DNA of 64,000 bases from an uncultured virus (IMG/VR IMGVR_UViG_3300042691_055981) (lineage: Duplodnaviria; Heunggongvirae; Uroviricota; Caudoviricetes), in the IMG/VR virus record IMGVR_UViG_3300042691_055981, one strand, 5' to 3'. A program made the translations under genes and the position numbers. A model generated the notes under the pieces. The model was not told the origin of the DNA. It worked only from the letters and a program-made list of their open reading frames with translations, and searched no databases. Positions 1 to 10,299 of this stretch are shown here, one piece after another; the stretch's first letter is position 1, and every line of letters begins with the position of its first letter.

Positions 1-357
1 TGGGTTAAAGAATGGTGAATCAATTCGGGGAAACCTTGATAACAAAGCTTCTCCTGCTTGTTGTGAGAACTCGTATTCCCAGCTATAAGCAGTTACCTTT
101 GCCATATCTTCCATAATAGCCAGACCATATTTGTCGGCCACAATCTTTGCAATATCCTTTATATAATCACCGAAGTAAGGCGGCCTGGCGTACTCTACCT
201 CGCTCGGGCACAATTCAGCTACATGCCTAAGAGAAATTTCGCGGAATGCTTCACGAACTGAATCTCGAAATTCTTCTTCGCTGATATCAACATCTCCGGC
301 AAGAATGTAATGCCCCGAATCCTCATAACCACTGTAACCAATCTCGTATACTTTCAT
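1..357 (-). CDS. hypothetical protein, runs off the window edge (MKVYEIGYSGYEDSGHYILAG...)
   Basis: Manually translated open frame from ATG at 357 to base 1; overlaps the stop of 354..560. Confidence 0.7.
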   Translation of the reverse strand, partial: MKVYEIGYSGYEDSGHYILAGDVDISEEEFRDSVREAFREISLRHVAELCPSEVEYARPPYFGDYIKDIAKIVADKYGLAIMEDMAKVTAYSWEYEFSQQAGEALLSRFPRIDSPFFNP

Positions 358-560
358 TCGTTCTCCTTAATGTATCCAGCTTCGATCATCTTCTGTCGTA
401 GCGTGTCAAGATCTTTTTTCATAGACCTAGTAGTTGGGTAAGTCTTATATGGCTCAGATTTCCTCATTTTATCAATCTCTTCCCAACTGAAACCATCCGC
501 TCTCCAAGCCATCATAACATCTTCGATGTAGGGCTTATCGGGCATCATTCGTTCACCCAC
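354..560 (-). CDS. hypothetical protein
   Basis: ORF track; tightly packed in a minus-strand operon. Confidence 0.55.
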   Translation of the reverse strand: MGERMMPDKPYIEDVMMAWRADGFSWEEIDKMRKSEPYKTYPTTRSMKKDLDTLRQKMIEAGYIKENE

Positions 561-829
561 TGATTATCTGATCGCTCCATAGAAGCTAGAATAGTTTCTT
601 CCGGAGTGCGGAAAATAAACTCATTCAGATGATCGTTGATCTCCTCCGGGAGATCATGCTTTGTGATAACCGTCAACGCCTTAAGCCAATTACTGTGAGA
701 CTTGAGCCAAGCTGAATGATTCATTAGCCAATCTGCTTGGCTGTTGAGTCTTGATTGCAAATGCAAACAATAGCCAAGCAGTACCCCCATAACTACCCAG
801 GTGAGTACAAACATAATGTCAATTGTCAT
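545..829 (-). CDS. hypothetical membrane protein
   Basis: N-terminal hydrophobic helix; operon packing. Confidence 0.6.
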   Translation of the reverse strand: MTIDIMFVLTWVVMGVLLGYCLHLQSRLNSQADWLMNHSAWLKSHSNWLKALTVITKHDLPEEINDHLNEFIFRTPEETILASMERSDNQWVNE

Positions 830-832
830 AAT

Positions 833-1132
833 TTATTCTTCCCCCTCTGGCCCAATTCGATGACGAATGGACTCGAAAAACTCAGCCATGTAAGACGAAA
901 TAGCTTCATGTGGCTCGAAATTCGGGGCTTCGCATTCAACCTTATACACAATCTGATTACCAATCTCAACGTAGAATCCCCAAGGACTCCAATCTTCCTC
1001 AGCCTCATATCGTTCTGGGTCTGTGTCTTGAGCATACTCATAACCATAGTAGTATGTGGTATCTCCTAACTTAACGCAGGCGTAATCTCCTGCAATGTAT
1101 GTTCTTGCTTTTAGTGGCTCGATTTTCTCCAT
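833..1132 (-). CDS. hypothetical protein, leaderless start
   Basis: ATG 6 nt downstream of TATAAT of the conserved promoter element. Confidence 0.75.
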   Translation of the reverse strand: MEKIEPLKARTYIAGDYACVKLGDTTYYYGYEYAQDTDPERYEAEEDWSPWGFYVEIGNQIVYKVECEAPNFEPHEAISSYMAEFFESIRHRIGPEGEE

Positions 1133-1139
1133 TACTTAA

Positions 1140-1397
1140 TTATACCTCCAGATTGTGAGAGATGGAAATATACTTAGCTGGCCTCTCTGGAAGAATAAAG
1201 AAATGAGTGGGATGACAGAGAGCTCCATTCTCAAGCTTCCAACTATGACAAGGGTTTGGACCCGCGAATCTCCCTTTATAAAATGGTTGTTCGAACCACG
1301 AATCTCCACCGATGAGAATCAACCAGCGACCATCTTTCACTCCCATCTTTTCTGCATCTTCAATAGGATGCCAAATTAGTCCCATTCTAGATCCCAC
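1140..1397 (-). CDS. hypothetical protein (W.PI..A..DG N-terminus typical of small phage proteins)
   Basis: ORF track; its stop lies inside the downstream promoter element. Confidence 0.55.
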   Translation of the reverse strand: MGSRMGLIWHPIEDAEKMGVKDGRWLILIGGDSWFEQPFYKGRFAGPNPCHSWKLENGALCHPTHFFILPERPAKYISISHNLEV

Positions 1398-1708
1398 TCC
1401 TTAATAATAAAATCCGCATGCAATTCATCTAGAGCTTTATCATATTCCGACCCGAAAAATCCTCGAAAAGCATTCCCATCACGATCTGAAATATCTGGGC
1501 CAGCACAATCTTCCACAAATATAGACTCACTCCAGCCTCCATCAGGATACCTGACACAAGGCCCAACATAACGGTAAAATTTACCACCCATTACGCAAAA
1601 TGCACCCAGCCAAACTCCTTCATAAGGAACTGCCCCCCCGATGTGACACTTTGCATCTTCAGTTAAATTACCGAATGCTTTTTCAAATACTTGTCTTACT
1701 GTAATCAT
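1376..1708 (-). CDS. hypothetical protein, leaderless start
   Basis: ATG at the promoter element. Confidence 0.75.
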   Translation of the reverse strand: MITVRQVFEKAFGNLTEDAKCHIGGAVPYEGVWLGAFCVMGGKFYRYVGPCVRYPDGGWSESIFVEDCAGPDISDRDGNAFRGFFGSEYDKALDELHADFIIKEWDLEWD

Positions 1709-2311
1709 TACTTCATTATACCTTCAGATTGTGAAAGATGGAAACACAATCTAGCCTCGAAAAACTCCAGATTGTGTTTGGCTCGTTCCACCCCATTATT
1801 TCTTCTTCCCAATTGCTGGAGAAATAAGCAATTTTCGAACAAAGTCAAAAAACACAGATAAGAAAACAATCGGGGCAAAAATCATGATGAGAAATTGTTC
1901 ACCCTTTGTATTAACTGTATCCCTCTCTGCATAACAAGAAATCAAACCCATCAAAATCCAACCTATAATAATTTCCATCATTCCTCCACACAATCTACAT
2001 CTAAATTAAAAGGCCTACCTCGTGTACAATCCTCATCGAGCATATCATACAACCTCTCTAATCCCTTATTTTTTGCCACCCATTCAGATTCAGCAAAAAC
2101 CTGCACTTGAACAGTAATTGTATACCTTTTCATCTGATCCATCTCCGGCATACATCCTCATCCAAAACTCTCTCTTGCCATTCATTCAACTTCAAATTCT
2201 CAGATTGTAATTGCTCGATTTTCTCCCTAAGCATAGACACAATCTCACCCTTTACCTTCTTTCCCTTATAGTCACCAGTGACCAACATATCCTCAATGTA
2301 ATTCCAATCCA

Positions 2312-2776
2312 TTATTCCTTCTCCAATGAAACATCAAATTCCCCGACGATGTATAGATATTCACCCACCCCAGGAGGAACCATGAACTCTACGAGATCAT
2401 GACCATCACATCTTCGCACACTCACAACTTTCCCCGTGAAAACCTCTTCCTCCACACAATCTTCCTCCACACAATCTTCCTTCGGACAATATTCCTTCCA
2501 ACTAAATGCTTTCAGGAGCTCTTCATTCACACAATCTTCATCAAGAAGCTTAAGGGGTAAAGCACCCTGATCATGCAAGTCTTTTTCCCAGAACATATCA
2601 ACCCCACCATCATCAAGATACCTTACCACTGCATAAAGATTGTCTCCTGAATCTTTACCTGAATGGATAACTTCAGCAAGAACATCCCAATAAGATCTTA
2701 CATGAGAAATATTTCCCAGCAGATTTCCATACTCAAGAACCTCATAAACCTTCTCGTCAATTTTAATAATTTCCAT
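2312..2776 (-). CDS. family-B paralog (YEVL...SHV...G.LPL...FTG.V)
   Basis: Start reassigned to MEIIKIDEK after a GGAGAAGGA SD-like tract; shared family motifs. Confidence 0.65.
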   Translation of the reverse strand: MEIIKIDEKVYEVLEYGNLLGNISHVRSYWDVLAEVIHSGKDSGDNLYAVVRYLDDGGVDMFWEKDLHDQGALPLKLLDEDCVNEELLKAFSWKEYCPKEDCVEEDCVEEEVFTGKVVSVRRCDGHDLVEFMVPPGVGEYLYIVGEFDVSLEKE

Positions 2777-3120
2777 TATTCCTTCTCCAAAAACAATTTC
2801 TTCACTAGAGTGCAAAGCTCAACATAAAGCTCACCCTGACTACGATCATTACCCAACAAAAGCAAATCCAACAAACGATCTTTATTTGTCTTATCAGGAA
2901 GCAAAATCGGAATTGCATTTATCCGCATTACACTCTCTGGGGTGTATACATCAAGCAAATTCACCTCTACAATACTACCGTCTGCATGCAAAGTGGCAGA
3001 TCGAGTATATCCCTTATCTACCATAGGAGCCCCCGAAACCCTACAATCTTCAGTAGATAGTACACGATTCTGTGCAGGAGTGGCATTCTCTAACAAAAGA
3101 TCAAAATTAAGTAAGAACAT
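2776..3120 (-). CDS. hypothetical protein
   Basis: ORF track; overlapping start/stop junctions with both neighbours. Confidence 0.6.
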   Translation of the reverse strand: MFLLNFDLLLENATPAQNRVLSTEDCRVSGAPMVDKGYTRSATLHADGSIVEVNLLDVYTPESVMRINAIPILLPDKTNKDRLLDLLLLGNDRSQGELYVELCTLVKKLFLEKE

Positions 3121-3283
3121 TATTTAGCCACCATAGCAATAAGACCTGCAAATCCAAGCACCAACGCACCCAGAACCTGAGATACCGCAACCTTACCTCC
3201 GAAAACAGAAATATAGCTGAAAACTAAAACAAGAAGAAAAACCACAGCGAAAATAACGCTGAGTAAAATAATCCCGCTCTTCT

Positions 3284-3514
3284 TCATTTCATCTCCTTTA
3301 AAGGCACAATCTGAAGATAGTTCATGTAAGCACACTTCACACTATCATCCTGCCCATCTGGATACTCATAAACCACATAATCCAATTCCCCGAACTCACC
3401 CTCGAAAAACTCCGCAGGCAAAATCATGCGACTCGCCAAACGCACATGGCTGAGATCAGCCATGCGAAACAACGGAAGAATTTCATAATCAACCCCAACA
3501 CTTGTTACCTTCAT
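3284..3514 (-). CDS. family-B paralog, leaderless start
   Basis: MKVTSVGVDYEIL...LSHVRLAS; ATG at the promoter element. Confidence 0.7.
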   Translation of the reverse strand: MKVTSVGVDYEILPLFRMADLSHVRLASRMILPAEFFEGEFGELDYVVYEYPDGQDDSVKCAYMNYLQIVPLKEMK

Positions 3515-3611
3515 ATCTTCATTATACCTCAAGATTGTGAAAGATGGAAATTTTCAGCTCGAAAAACTCCATACAAAGGAATATAAAAGAAAAAAACATA
3601 AACACAATCTG

Positions 3612-3926
3612 ATGTACAAATACTCAGCCACAGTAATCAAAGTAGTAGACGGAGATACCGTGGACTTAAATCTAGACCTCGGATTTAAAATCAGATTCCA
3701 ACTCAGAGGAAGATTAACAGGAATTAATGCCCCAGAAGGAAAACAAACAGATGCAGCCAATTGGCTACATGAACAATTACCCATCGGAAAAACGATAATC
3801 GTTGAAACAAAAAAAACCCAGGAAAAATACGGCAGATGGCTTGTAACAATTTTCCTGGATGATAAAAATCTTAACCTCGAATTACTCGAAAAAGGACTAG
3901 CTGTTCCTTACAAAAACACAATCTGA
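3612..3926 (+). CDS. thermonuclease (staphylococcal nuclease-like)
   Basis: VIKVVDGDTV, RLTGINAPE, EKYGRWL and LLEKGLA motifs of the SNase family. Confidence 0.9.
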   Translation: MYKYSATVIKVVDGDTVDLNLDLGFKIRFQLRGRLTGINAPEGKQTDAANWLHEQLPIGKTIIVETKKTQEKYGRWLVTIFLDDKNLNLELLEKGLAVPYKNTI

Positions 3927-4050
3927 ATTCAGCTCGAAAACCTTCATCTAAAAAATAAATCAAAAGTGATCTTAGCAAAACCAATCACAAAAATCAACAA
4001 GAAAACAACAATAAGACAAAGTAAAACAAAACCAAAAATATCTACACCAC

Positions 4051-4302
4051 TCACTTTAACTCAACCCTCGATTCACTCAAAACCTTATGACCATCATCAT
4101 AATAAGCCCGTAAACCCTCATCGCATTCATAGACCGTGTAAGGATTAACTCCAGGCCTACCCAAATAATGAAAAGAGGCACGAGGATTAGTGCAAAGAGC
4201 TTCCCTCCGCCGGCCTTCACCTACACCTTCAGCAAAAACACCTACTAACACAATACAAATCAAGATTGTGATTGTGACTAGGTGTTTTTCCCACCAGCTC
4301 AT
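4051..4302 (-). CDS. hypothetical membrane-anchored protein
   Basis: N-terminal TM helix; coupled to upstream gene. Confidence 0.6.
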   Translation of the reverse strand: MSWWEKHLVTITILICIVLVGVFAEGVGEGRRREALCTNPRASFHYLGRPGVNPYTVYECDEGLRAYYDDGHKVLSESRVELK

Positions 4303-4655
4303 TAGCTAACCTCCTCAACACAACGGAATTTCTTCCCAAGATATCTATCGGGCACTTCAATATACGCACTACCAGCAGATCCCTCCGACCATACTGCCTC
4401 ACCAACAAACTCAAAAGGCTCCACCTCAATCTCACACAATGGAATAATACCATAATGTGCCAAGCTACTCACCCAAAACTCGTCACTGGAACCATCAGGC
4501 AAAGTAATGTGAACAGTATCATACTCACTCTCATTGTATTCAGCGTTGCAAATCACACCAGTGGGGAGTTTCACAAACTCCAGACGACCTGAATCATTAG
4601 GCAAATCCAAAACCTCAAAGGTTCGACCATCTACTACGATTTCTTTAATATCCAT
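4302..4655 (-). CDS. family-B paralog, leaderless start
   Basis: MDIKEIVVDGRTFEVL; close paralog of 20576..20983; ATG at the promoter element. Confidence 0.75.
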   Translation of the reverse strand: MDIKEIVVDGRTFEVLDLPNDSGRLEFVKLPTGVICNAEYNESEYDTVHITLPDGSSDEFWVSSLAHYGIIPLCEIEVEPFEFVGEAVWSEGSAGSAYIEVPDRYLGKKFRCVEEVS

Positions 4656-4690
4656 ATCTTCATTATACCTCCAGATTGTGAAATCTGGAA

Positions 4691-5460
4691 AAAACACAAT
4701 CTGAAAACTTTTCGTGCGTGAATGGTGGCTCCAGATTGTGTAGGGGAATGTTAAGATTTTTTCAGATGGAGTGCCAGATTGTGTTGGAGCGAACGAAGTG
4801 AGCGGAGCGATAAACCAAATCCACCACACAATCTGAAATTAGCACCACACAATCTGAATTTAGCACCACACAATCTGAAATTAGCACCACACAATCTGAA
4901 TTCAGCTCGAAATTCTCCACTCTCTACTCTCAACCACAATCTCACCCACAATTCGTCCATTTTGTCCCACATTTCCACCACAATCTTGCCACTTCCACCA
5001 CACAATCTTACCACTAATTCACCCTTTGAATCTAGCAAAGGATATTGACAAAATTCCTGCTCATTTAGGTAGAAATTTGCATTTTTTTCTCATTAAGATT
5101 GTCTCGAAAAATTGTGTAAAAAAATGTTAAAAATTCCTAAAAAAGTCTGATTTTTCGGAAGGAAAAAAAGGATGAGAATCATAAAGAAAAAGTATCAGAT
5201 AATTAATGGAAAATGTTTTTCGAAACAGATTTTTCCTAAGATTAGTTTTCCGATCTTCCTTTACAATCTTTCATATGGTAAATAAAAAGATAAAAATCTC
5301 TTACACTTATCCTTCTTACGATTTGCACCTTACAGGTTCTTTATTTTTTCATTTAAGATTATGTGTGTCTATGATTCCGGCATGGTTTCTTGTCGCGTGG
5401 GCTTTCCCCACTTTCCCCGGTGGGTTATTTTCCCCTAATAAATATTATGGTTTGAAATGA
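4691..5460. other. large intergenic region, candidate replication origin or genome-end region
   Basis: Iteron-like repeats, AT-rich tract 5040-5330, + strand flips from C/A-rich to G/T-rich across it. Confidence 0.5.
4822..4905 (+). repeat. four tandem 21-bp direct repeats CACCACACAATCTGAAWTYAG (iteron-like)
   Basis: Units at 4822, 4843, 4864, 4885; further CACAATCT copies at ~4695, 4733(rc), 4777(rc), 4936, 4979, 5001. Confidence 0.9.
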
Positions 5461-5867
5461 ACAGAAAAGCATTTAAATTGGTGTGTGTTCGTCGGTGTTT
5501 TGTTAGTGGTGTTCAGTACGAGGTGGGTATTGTGAAAGTCTTTTACTCAGCATTAAAGCGTAAGCATTTTTTGTCTCGTATGCCTGTTGGTTCTTTCGAG
5601 ATTGTTCCTTTTCACAAGAAGGCCGATGATTCGTAATAACTGTCCTATTGCAATTCTTGTTTAGTACATTTATTCGGTGATCCAGATTGTGAATGATTGA
5701 AGCTCTGGAATATTGTATGGTGTGATATGATCTATGAGGGTGTCAAATGTTGCCTGGATATTGCTCCAAGTGTCTGTACGGTCATTCTCGCTCAATTGTG
5801 AGGGTTTTTCTATTAGTTGTCCTTTAGGTCGGATTTGCTCGAAATTAATGTATTGTATATTCATTTG

Positions 5868-6365
5868 TTATGCGGTGAGTTGTTCACAGATGCGGCAGAA
5901 GTGATAAGTTGTCTCGTCTTCTTGGTCTGGCAGGATGGTTTCACCGTCAATTGACAGGAAGAATGCTGGTTTTTGTATATTGCGGATTGTGTCGAACCTC
6001 CAGCCTTGTTCAGAGGCGTATTCTCTTGAGAGTTTTACGAATTCTTCTTGTTCTTCATCTGTTGTGTTTTCAAGTGTTTGATCAATGGTATCCCAGTTAA
6101 CGATGAGTGTTAGTGGTTCTCCTGCATCAATTAATCCTTGTAGTGTCATTTGTAGCCAATTGGAATGTTTCCATAAGGCTTGATTTTTTTCTACAAGGTT
6201 TTCCGCGATTTTCATTACATCTTCAATATCTAGTGGAGTGATTTGCGATCCATAGCCACGATTTTTAAGTGTTGATCTTAGGTCGTTCATTCCATGTGTG
6301 GTAATAAGTTCTTGTCCTTGTGTGAGGCAATCAAGTAGTTGTTCGTTGGTGATTTTGTTTTTCAT
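5868..6365 (-). CDS. hypothetical protein
   Basis: ORF track, 165 aa, packed in operon. Confidence 0.65.
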   Translation of the reverse strand: MKNKITNEQLLDCLTQGQELITTHGMNDLRSTLKNRGYGSQITPLDIEDVMKIAENLVEKNQALWKHSNWLQMTLQGLIDAGEPLTLIVNWDTIDQTLENTTDEEQEEFVKLSREYASEQGWRFDTIRNIQKPAFFLSIDGETILPDQEDETTYHFCRICEQLTA

Positions 6366-6369
6366 GTGT

Positions 6370-6888
6370 TCAGATAGCTCTCATGTCTTCAGATAGTTTA
6401 TGTTTGTGAAAGATGGGGGATAATGGTTGTAATCCCAATCTGTCGTAGAATTCCTCTAGAAATGTATCAGATAGTTTTGTTTTTCGTGAAATCCAGTACC
6501 ATTCCACACGATCTTTCATTTCTCTGATGAACGATTCAGATAGTGTTTGGTATTGTGAAACATATCTCCAATCCACTTGATCTTTGTGTTCTCTGATGAA
6601 ATCTTCAGATAGTGTTTGTTTAAAACAAATAATCCACCATTTCACATAACCTTGCATTTCTCGAATGAAATCTTCAGATAATATTTGGCAATGACAAACC
6701 GCGATCCAATCCACACGATCTTGAAATTCGCGGATGAATGATTCAGATAGTTTTTGGTGCATACAAATAACAGCCCAATCCACTTGATCTTTGTGTTCTC
6801 TGATAAAATCTTCAGATAGTGTTTCTTGCTCACAAAGTGCGTACCAATCTGTGCGAGTGTATTTGTTAATCATTTCTTGATTTGTCAT
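6370..6888 (-). CDS. 23-aa Trp-repeat protein (LSEDFIREFQDRVDWxxISxxQT), ~6 units
   Basis: Visible tandem repeats; own promoter element. Confidence 0.9.
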   Translation of the reverse strand: MTNQEMINKYTRTDWYALCEQETLSEDFIREHKDQVDWAVICMHQKLSESFIREFQDRVDWIAVCHCQILSEDFIREMQGYVKWWIICFKQTLSEDFIREHKDQVDWRYVSQYQTLSESFIREMKDRVEWYWISRKTKLSDTFLEEFYDRLGLQPLSPIFHKHKLSEDMRAI

Positions 6889-6946
6889 ATCTTCATTATA
6901 CCTTCAGATTGTGAGAGATGGAAAATATCGGGCGAGATTACAAGTT

Positions 6947-7369
6947 TCACCAATCTGATTGGGGTGAATCTTCATTTCTTCTTAGCCATATACCATTCCA
7001 ATCCACACGATCTTGAAATTCTTGGATAAAGTTATCAGACAGTGTTTGTCTTGATGAGATATAATACCAATCCACACAATCTTGAAATTCCCTGATAAAA
7101 TCTTCAGATAGTGTTTGGTATTCTGAAATTTTCCGCCAAGAGATTTGATCTAGGAATTCTATAATGAATGGTTCAGATAGTTTTTGGCAAGCTGAAACAA
7201 TTCTCCAATCCACTTGATCTTGATATTCTCTGATGAAGTCTTCAGATAGTGTTTCTGTTAAGCAAATTTTCTTCCAATCAATTGATTCTTCTGTAAAGAG
7301 TTTTGCTGTAGTTTTCTCGATAAACAGATATTGTTTGGTATATTTATCAATAATCTCTTGATGAGTCAT
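6947..7369 (-). CDS. 23-aa Trp-repeat protein, ~4 units
   Basis: Tandem repeats; own promoter element. Confidence 0.9.
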   Translation of the reverse strand: MTHQEIIDKYTKQYLFIEKTTAKLFTEESIDWKKICLTETLSEDFIREYQDQVDWRIVSACQKLSEPFIIEFLDQISWRKISEYQTLSEDFIREFQDCVDWYYISSRQTLSDNFIQEFQDRVDWNGIWLRRNEDSPQSDW

Positions 7370-7661
7370 GTGTATATTATACCTTCAGATTGTGAGAAAT
7401 GGAAAATATCGGGCGAAATTAGATGCTTGGTTCTTGTGGGGCTGTAGGCCGAGGAGGTGGATTTTCTGGTTCTGCTTTGATTTTATTGATTGGGAAGATA
7501 TTTTTTGAACCCTCGGTGACCCAATCAATTAAAAACAATGCCCATAGGGGTGTTCCAGATTGTGTAACAATGATTGCCACGATCATCGCAATAAAGTATA
7601 GTGTGAAAGGAATTCCCCGGAGAAGATAGATGGTTGTATTATTCATTTTCATTTTTCTAGA

Positions 7662-8087
7662 TTATCTTTCCAGTGGTACTGTGGCATTGAAAACTTGCCC
7701 AGGGAACATATGTTCGATATTTCCGAAGTCTGTTCCGTCCGTTGGCACAACTACCCACATTGCATGTTCCTCTTGCCATTTAATCCCTTTACTTTTTAGT
7801 TTTTCTTCAAGTTGTTTGTAGCTGAGAGATTCCAGGCGAAATTGGAAAAGCTCCGTTTTCACTCTGCACGGAATCAACCCAAGCATATCCATATCGTATT
7901 CATTGAATATGTGCGTGTCCGCTGAGTCGTCGCTGTAGCATTTCACAACCCAATCTTTTGGTGAAGCTCCTTCTCTCAGAAAGTTCACGTCTTGGATAAA
8001 GTAGGTTCCTTTCCCGTTATGGGTGAAAAGTAGTTCTGCTTCCATAATGTTGCATTTTTGCCATGTTTTGTTATCGTGTTTAAACAT
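7662..8087 (-). CDS. divergent family-B paralog
   Basis: Start MFKHDNK after AAGGAG SD; DMLGLIPCR motif. Confidence 0.55.
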   Translation of the reverse strand: MFKHDNKTWQKCNIMEAELLFTHNGKGTYFIQDVNFLREGASPKDWVVKCYSDDSADTHIFNEYDMDMLGLIPCRVKTELFQFRLESLSYKQLEEKLKSKGIKWQEEHAMWVVVPTDGTDFGNIEHMFPGQVFNATVPLER

Positions 8088-8541
8088 TGTTCTCCTTAAT
8101 AAATCCTGATTCCACCACCACATAAGATAGTCGCTCGAAATATCCCTTCCAGGGGTAGGTGAAGAATTGTACACCATCTACATCAGCTTTATTTTTGTAA
8201 CAATCGTAATCTAATTGCCTATCCTTTTTGTAGTAATCATCTTCGATGAAATGTTTGATTTTGTGAGCTAGTGTTGCATCTTGTGTGGTATGAATTAATT
8301 CAAGTGAACTATTTTCGTGATGTGAGAATGAGTCTCCTGTGCTATAGATCACAGCTACTGTGAACACGGGCTTTGTTACATCTAGGTTTGGCACATCACA
8401 GCATAGGTAATCATTTGCTTTTCCTTGTGTGAATCCATCGAATCGCCATGTTGATTCATGGCTATCTGCTGTCCATCTGTCATTCTCGTCGCGTCCTCCG
8501 AGGTTTATTGTATTTATGTTAAATAAAGATTTTACTATCAT
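8080..8541 (-). CDS. hypothetical phage protein (V.YSTGDSF...PW.GYFERL)
   Basis: ORF track; motif pattern typical of large-phage hypotheticals. Confidence 0.65.
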   Translation of the reverse strand: MIVKSLFNINTINLGGRDENDRWTADSHESTWRFDGFTQGKANDYLCCDVPNLDVTKPVFTVAVIYSTGDSFSHHENSSLELIHTTQDATLAHKIKHFIEDDYYKKDRQLDYDCYKNKADVDGVQFFTYPWKGYFERLSYVVVESGFIKENNV

Positions 8542-8598
8542 GGTTCTCTTAGTTTGTTGGGTTATTGTTTTAGTATGAAGATTTTCGGGCGAAATCTT

Positions 8599-8787
8599 TC
8601 ATTTGCTTATCTTGTAGTGTGCTTTGAATCTGTCTTCTTCTGCTTTTGTCATCATGCCATCATGCCCATGTCCAAACCAATCAAGGATTCCCAGCTTAGC
8701 ATCAATTTCCCATTGTTGTCTTTCGCTGAGGTGGAAATAGTTTTTTGGTCGTTGGAATGATTTTTCGTACATTTCTGCTTCAGTCAT
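8599..8787 (-). CDS. small hypothetical protein, leaderless start
   Basis: ATG at the promoter element. Confidence 0.75.
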   Translation of the reverse strand: MTEAEMYEKSFQRPKNYFHLSERQQWEIDAKLGILDWFGHGHDGMMTKAEEDRFKAHYKISK

Positions 8788-8836
8788 ATATTTATTATAC
8801 CTTCAGATTGTGAGAGATGGAAAAAGCTGGGCGAAA

Positions 8837-9454
8837 TTACCAATGATCTTGACCGAATTTTATTCGAATTTCTGGAGAAATCTTATTGTTATGGAAAATA
8901 TAGTCCCAGCCCACACGATCTTCGAATTCCATAATGAAGTCTTCAGAGAGTGCTTGGCTACTGCAAATGTAATCCCAGAAAACACGATCTTGAAATTCTC
9001 TGATAAAATCTTCAGATAGTTTTTGGTAGCCTGAGATTTCGGCCCAGCACACTTTGTCTTTGAATTCTCTGATAAAGGATTCAGACAATGTTTGCTTTTT
9101 TGAAACCCAGAGCCAATTCACACGATCTTTCATTTCTCTGATGAATGGCTCAGACAGTGTTTGGTATTGAGTGATGTTCCTCCAATTCACACGATCTTGA
9201 AATTCGCGGATGAAATCTTCAGACAGTGTTTGGCATTCAGAAATCCACAACCAATTCACACGATCTTTCATTTCTCTAATGAATGGTTCAGACAGTGTTT
9301 GGCAGTGGCAGATTGCATTCCATGCCACTTGATCTTGATACTCTCTAATGAAGTCTTCGGACAGTCGCTCATTAGAGATAGCCAGCCAATCGGTGAATTC
9401 TGGAATGATTTTCTCAGGTGTGGTAAATTTGTTAATTAATTCTTGATTTGTCAT
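8837..9454 (-). CDS. 23-aa Trp-repeat protein, ~7-8 units
   Basis: Tandem repeats; own promoter element. Confidence 0.9.
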   Translation of the reverse strand: MTNQELINKFTTPEKIIPEFTDWLAISNERLSEDFIREYQDQVAWNAICHCQTLSEPFIREMKDRVNWLWISECQTLSEDFIREFQDRVNWRNITQYQTLSEPFIREMKDRVNWLWVSKKQTLSESFIREFKDKVCWAEISGYQKLSEDFIREFQDRVFWDYICSSQALSEDFIMEFEDRVGWDYIFHNNKISPEIRIKFGQDHW

Positions 9455-9530
9455 ATCTTCATTATACCTTCAGATTGTGAGAGATGGAAAAAGCTGGGCG
9501 AAATCGTAATGTTCGTATTTGCAAGGGATA

Positions 9531-9920
9531 CTATGTTTTAACAATCAACGACGAGTCTTCAGAATAGTTTTTCCACAAATTCAGAAGAATTTCCAATGGA
9601 AGTTTCTCCAGAGTTCTTTGATGTGCCAATTTCATAAAAGCATTCAATCGGTATTCAAACTTTTCATCTGCTGGGCTAATTTTTGTGACGATTACATCAT
9701 ATTCACCCCTGTGATAATTGGTGCATTTATCTTCGCATTCTACTATTTTGCCTGGCCTGTAAACGCATCGGTGATCGCCACATTGTGCTTCAAGTGTGAT
9801 ACTTTCTAATCCTGAAAGCTCAAGATATTTATTCAACATCACGATCTTGTATTCCACACTTAATTTGTCGTCTCTAAATCCAATTTTGTCTTTCATCTTT
9901 TGTACCTTCCGTTCTCCCAT
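9531..9920 (-). CDS. hypothetical protein
   Basis: ORF track; start uncertain. Confidence 0.55.
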   Translation of the reverse strand: MGERKVQKMKDKIGFRDDKLSVEYKIVMLNKYLELSGLESITLEAQCGDHRCVYRPGKIVECEDKCTNYHRGEYDVIVTKISPADEKFEYRLNAFMKLAHQRTLEKLPLEILLNLWKNYSEDSSLIVKT

Positions 9921-10261
9921 AGCATTTTTGTTTTAAGTTTAGATCCTAGTGTTTCTGCATAGAATTCTATGAGTTCTGGTTTAGTAGTATTAAGTACGGG
10001 AACCACTTCACCAGAATCACCGAAAAGCTCGATAATTCCCACGATTTTCTTTTCGAAGTCGAAAGGACTAATTGTGAGCCAAGCTGTTGAATAATCTTCA
10101 TTTGCATCTTCTAGAATGTAGAATACATATGGATTCCTGTCACATCTCTCAAAGAGTTGCTCATTTTCTTTGAACCACTCCGTGATTTCTTCTTTCCAGC
10201 CTTCCATCCATGCGTAGTCGCAATTGAGATAGAATTTTTCCACTTCAGTGAGAGTTCTCAT
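9893..10261 (-). CDS. hypothetical protein, leaderless start
   Basis: ATG at the promoter element. Confidence 0.75.
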   Translation of the reverse strand: MRTLTEVEKFYLNCDYAWMEGWKEEITEWFKENEQLFERCDRNPYVFYILEDANEDYSTAWLTISPFDFEKKIVGIIELFGDSGEVVPVLNTTKPELIEFYAETLGSKLKTKMLWENGRYKR

Positions 10262-10299
10262 ATGTTCATTATACCTTCAGATTGTGAGAGATGGAAAAA

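Noticed and set aside
4822..4905. 21-bp repeats as a mini-CRISPR, or ORFs 4751..5038 and 4779..5048 as genes
   Set aside because: No unique spacers; the ORFs simply translate the repeat
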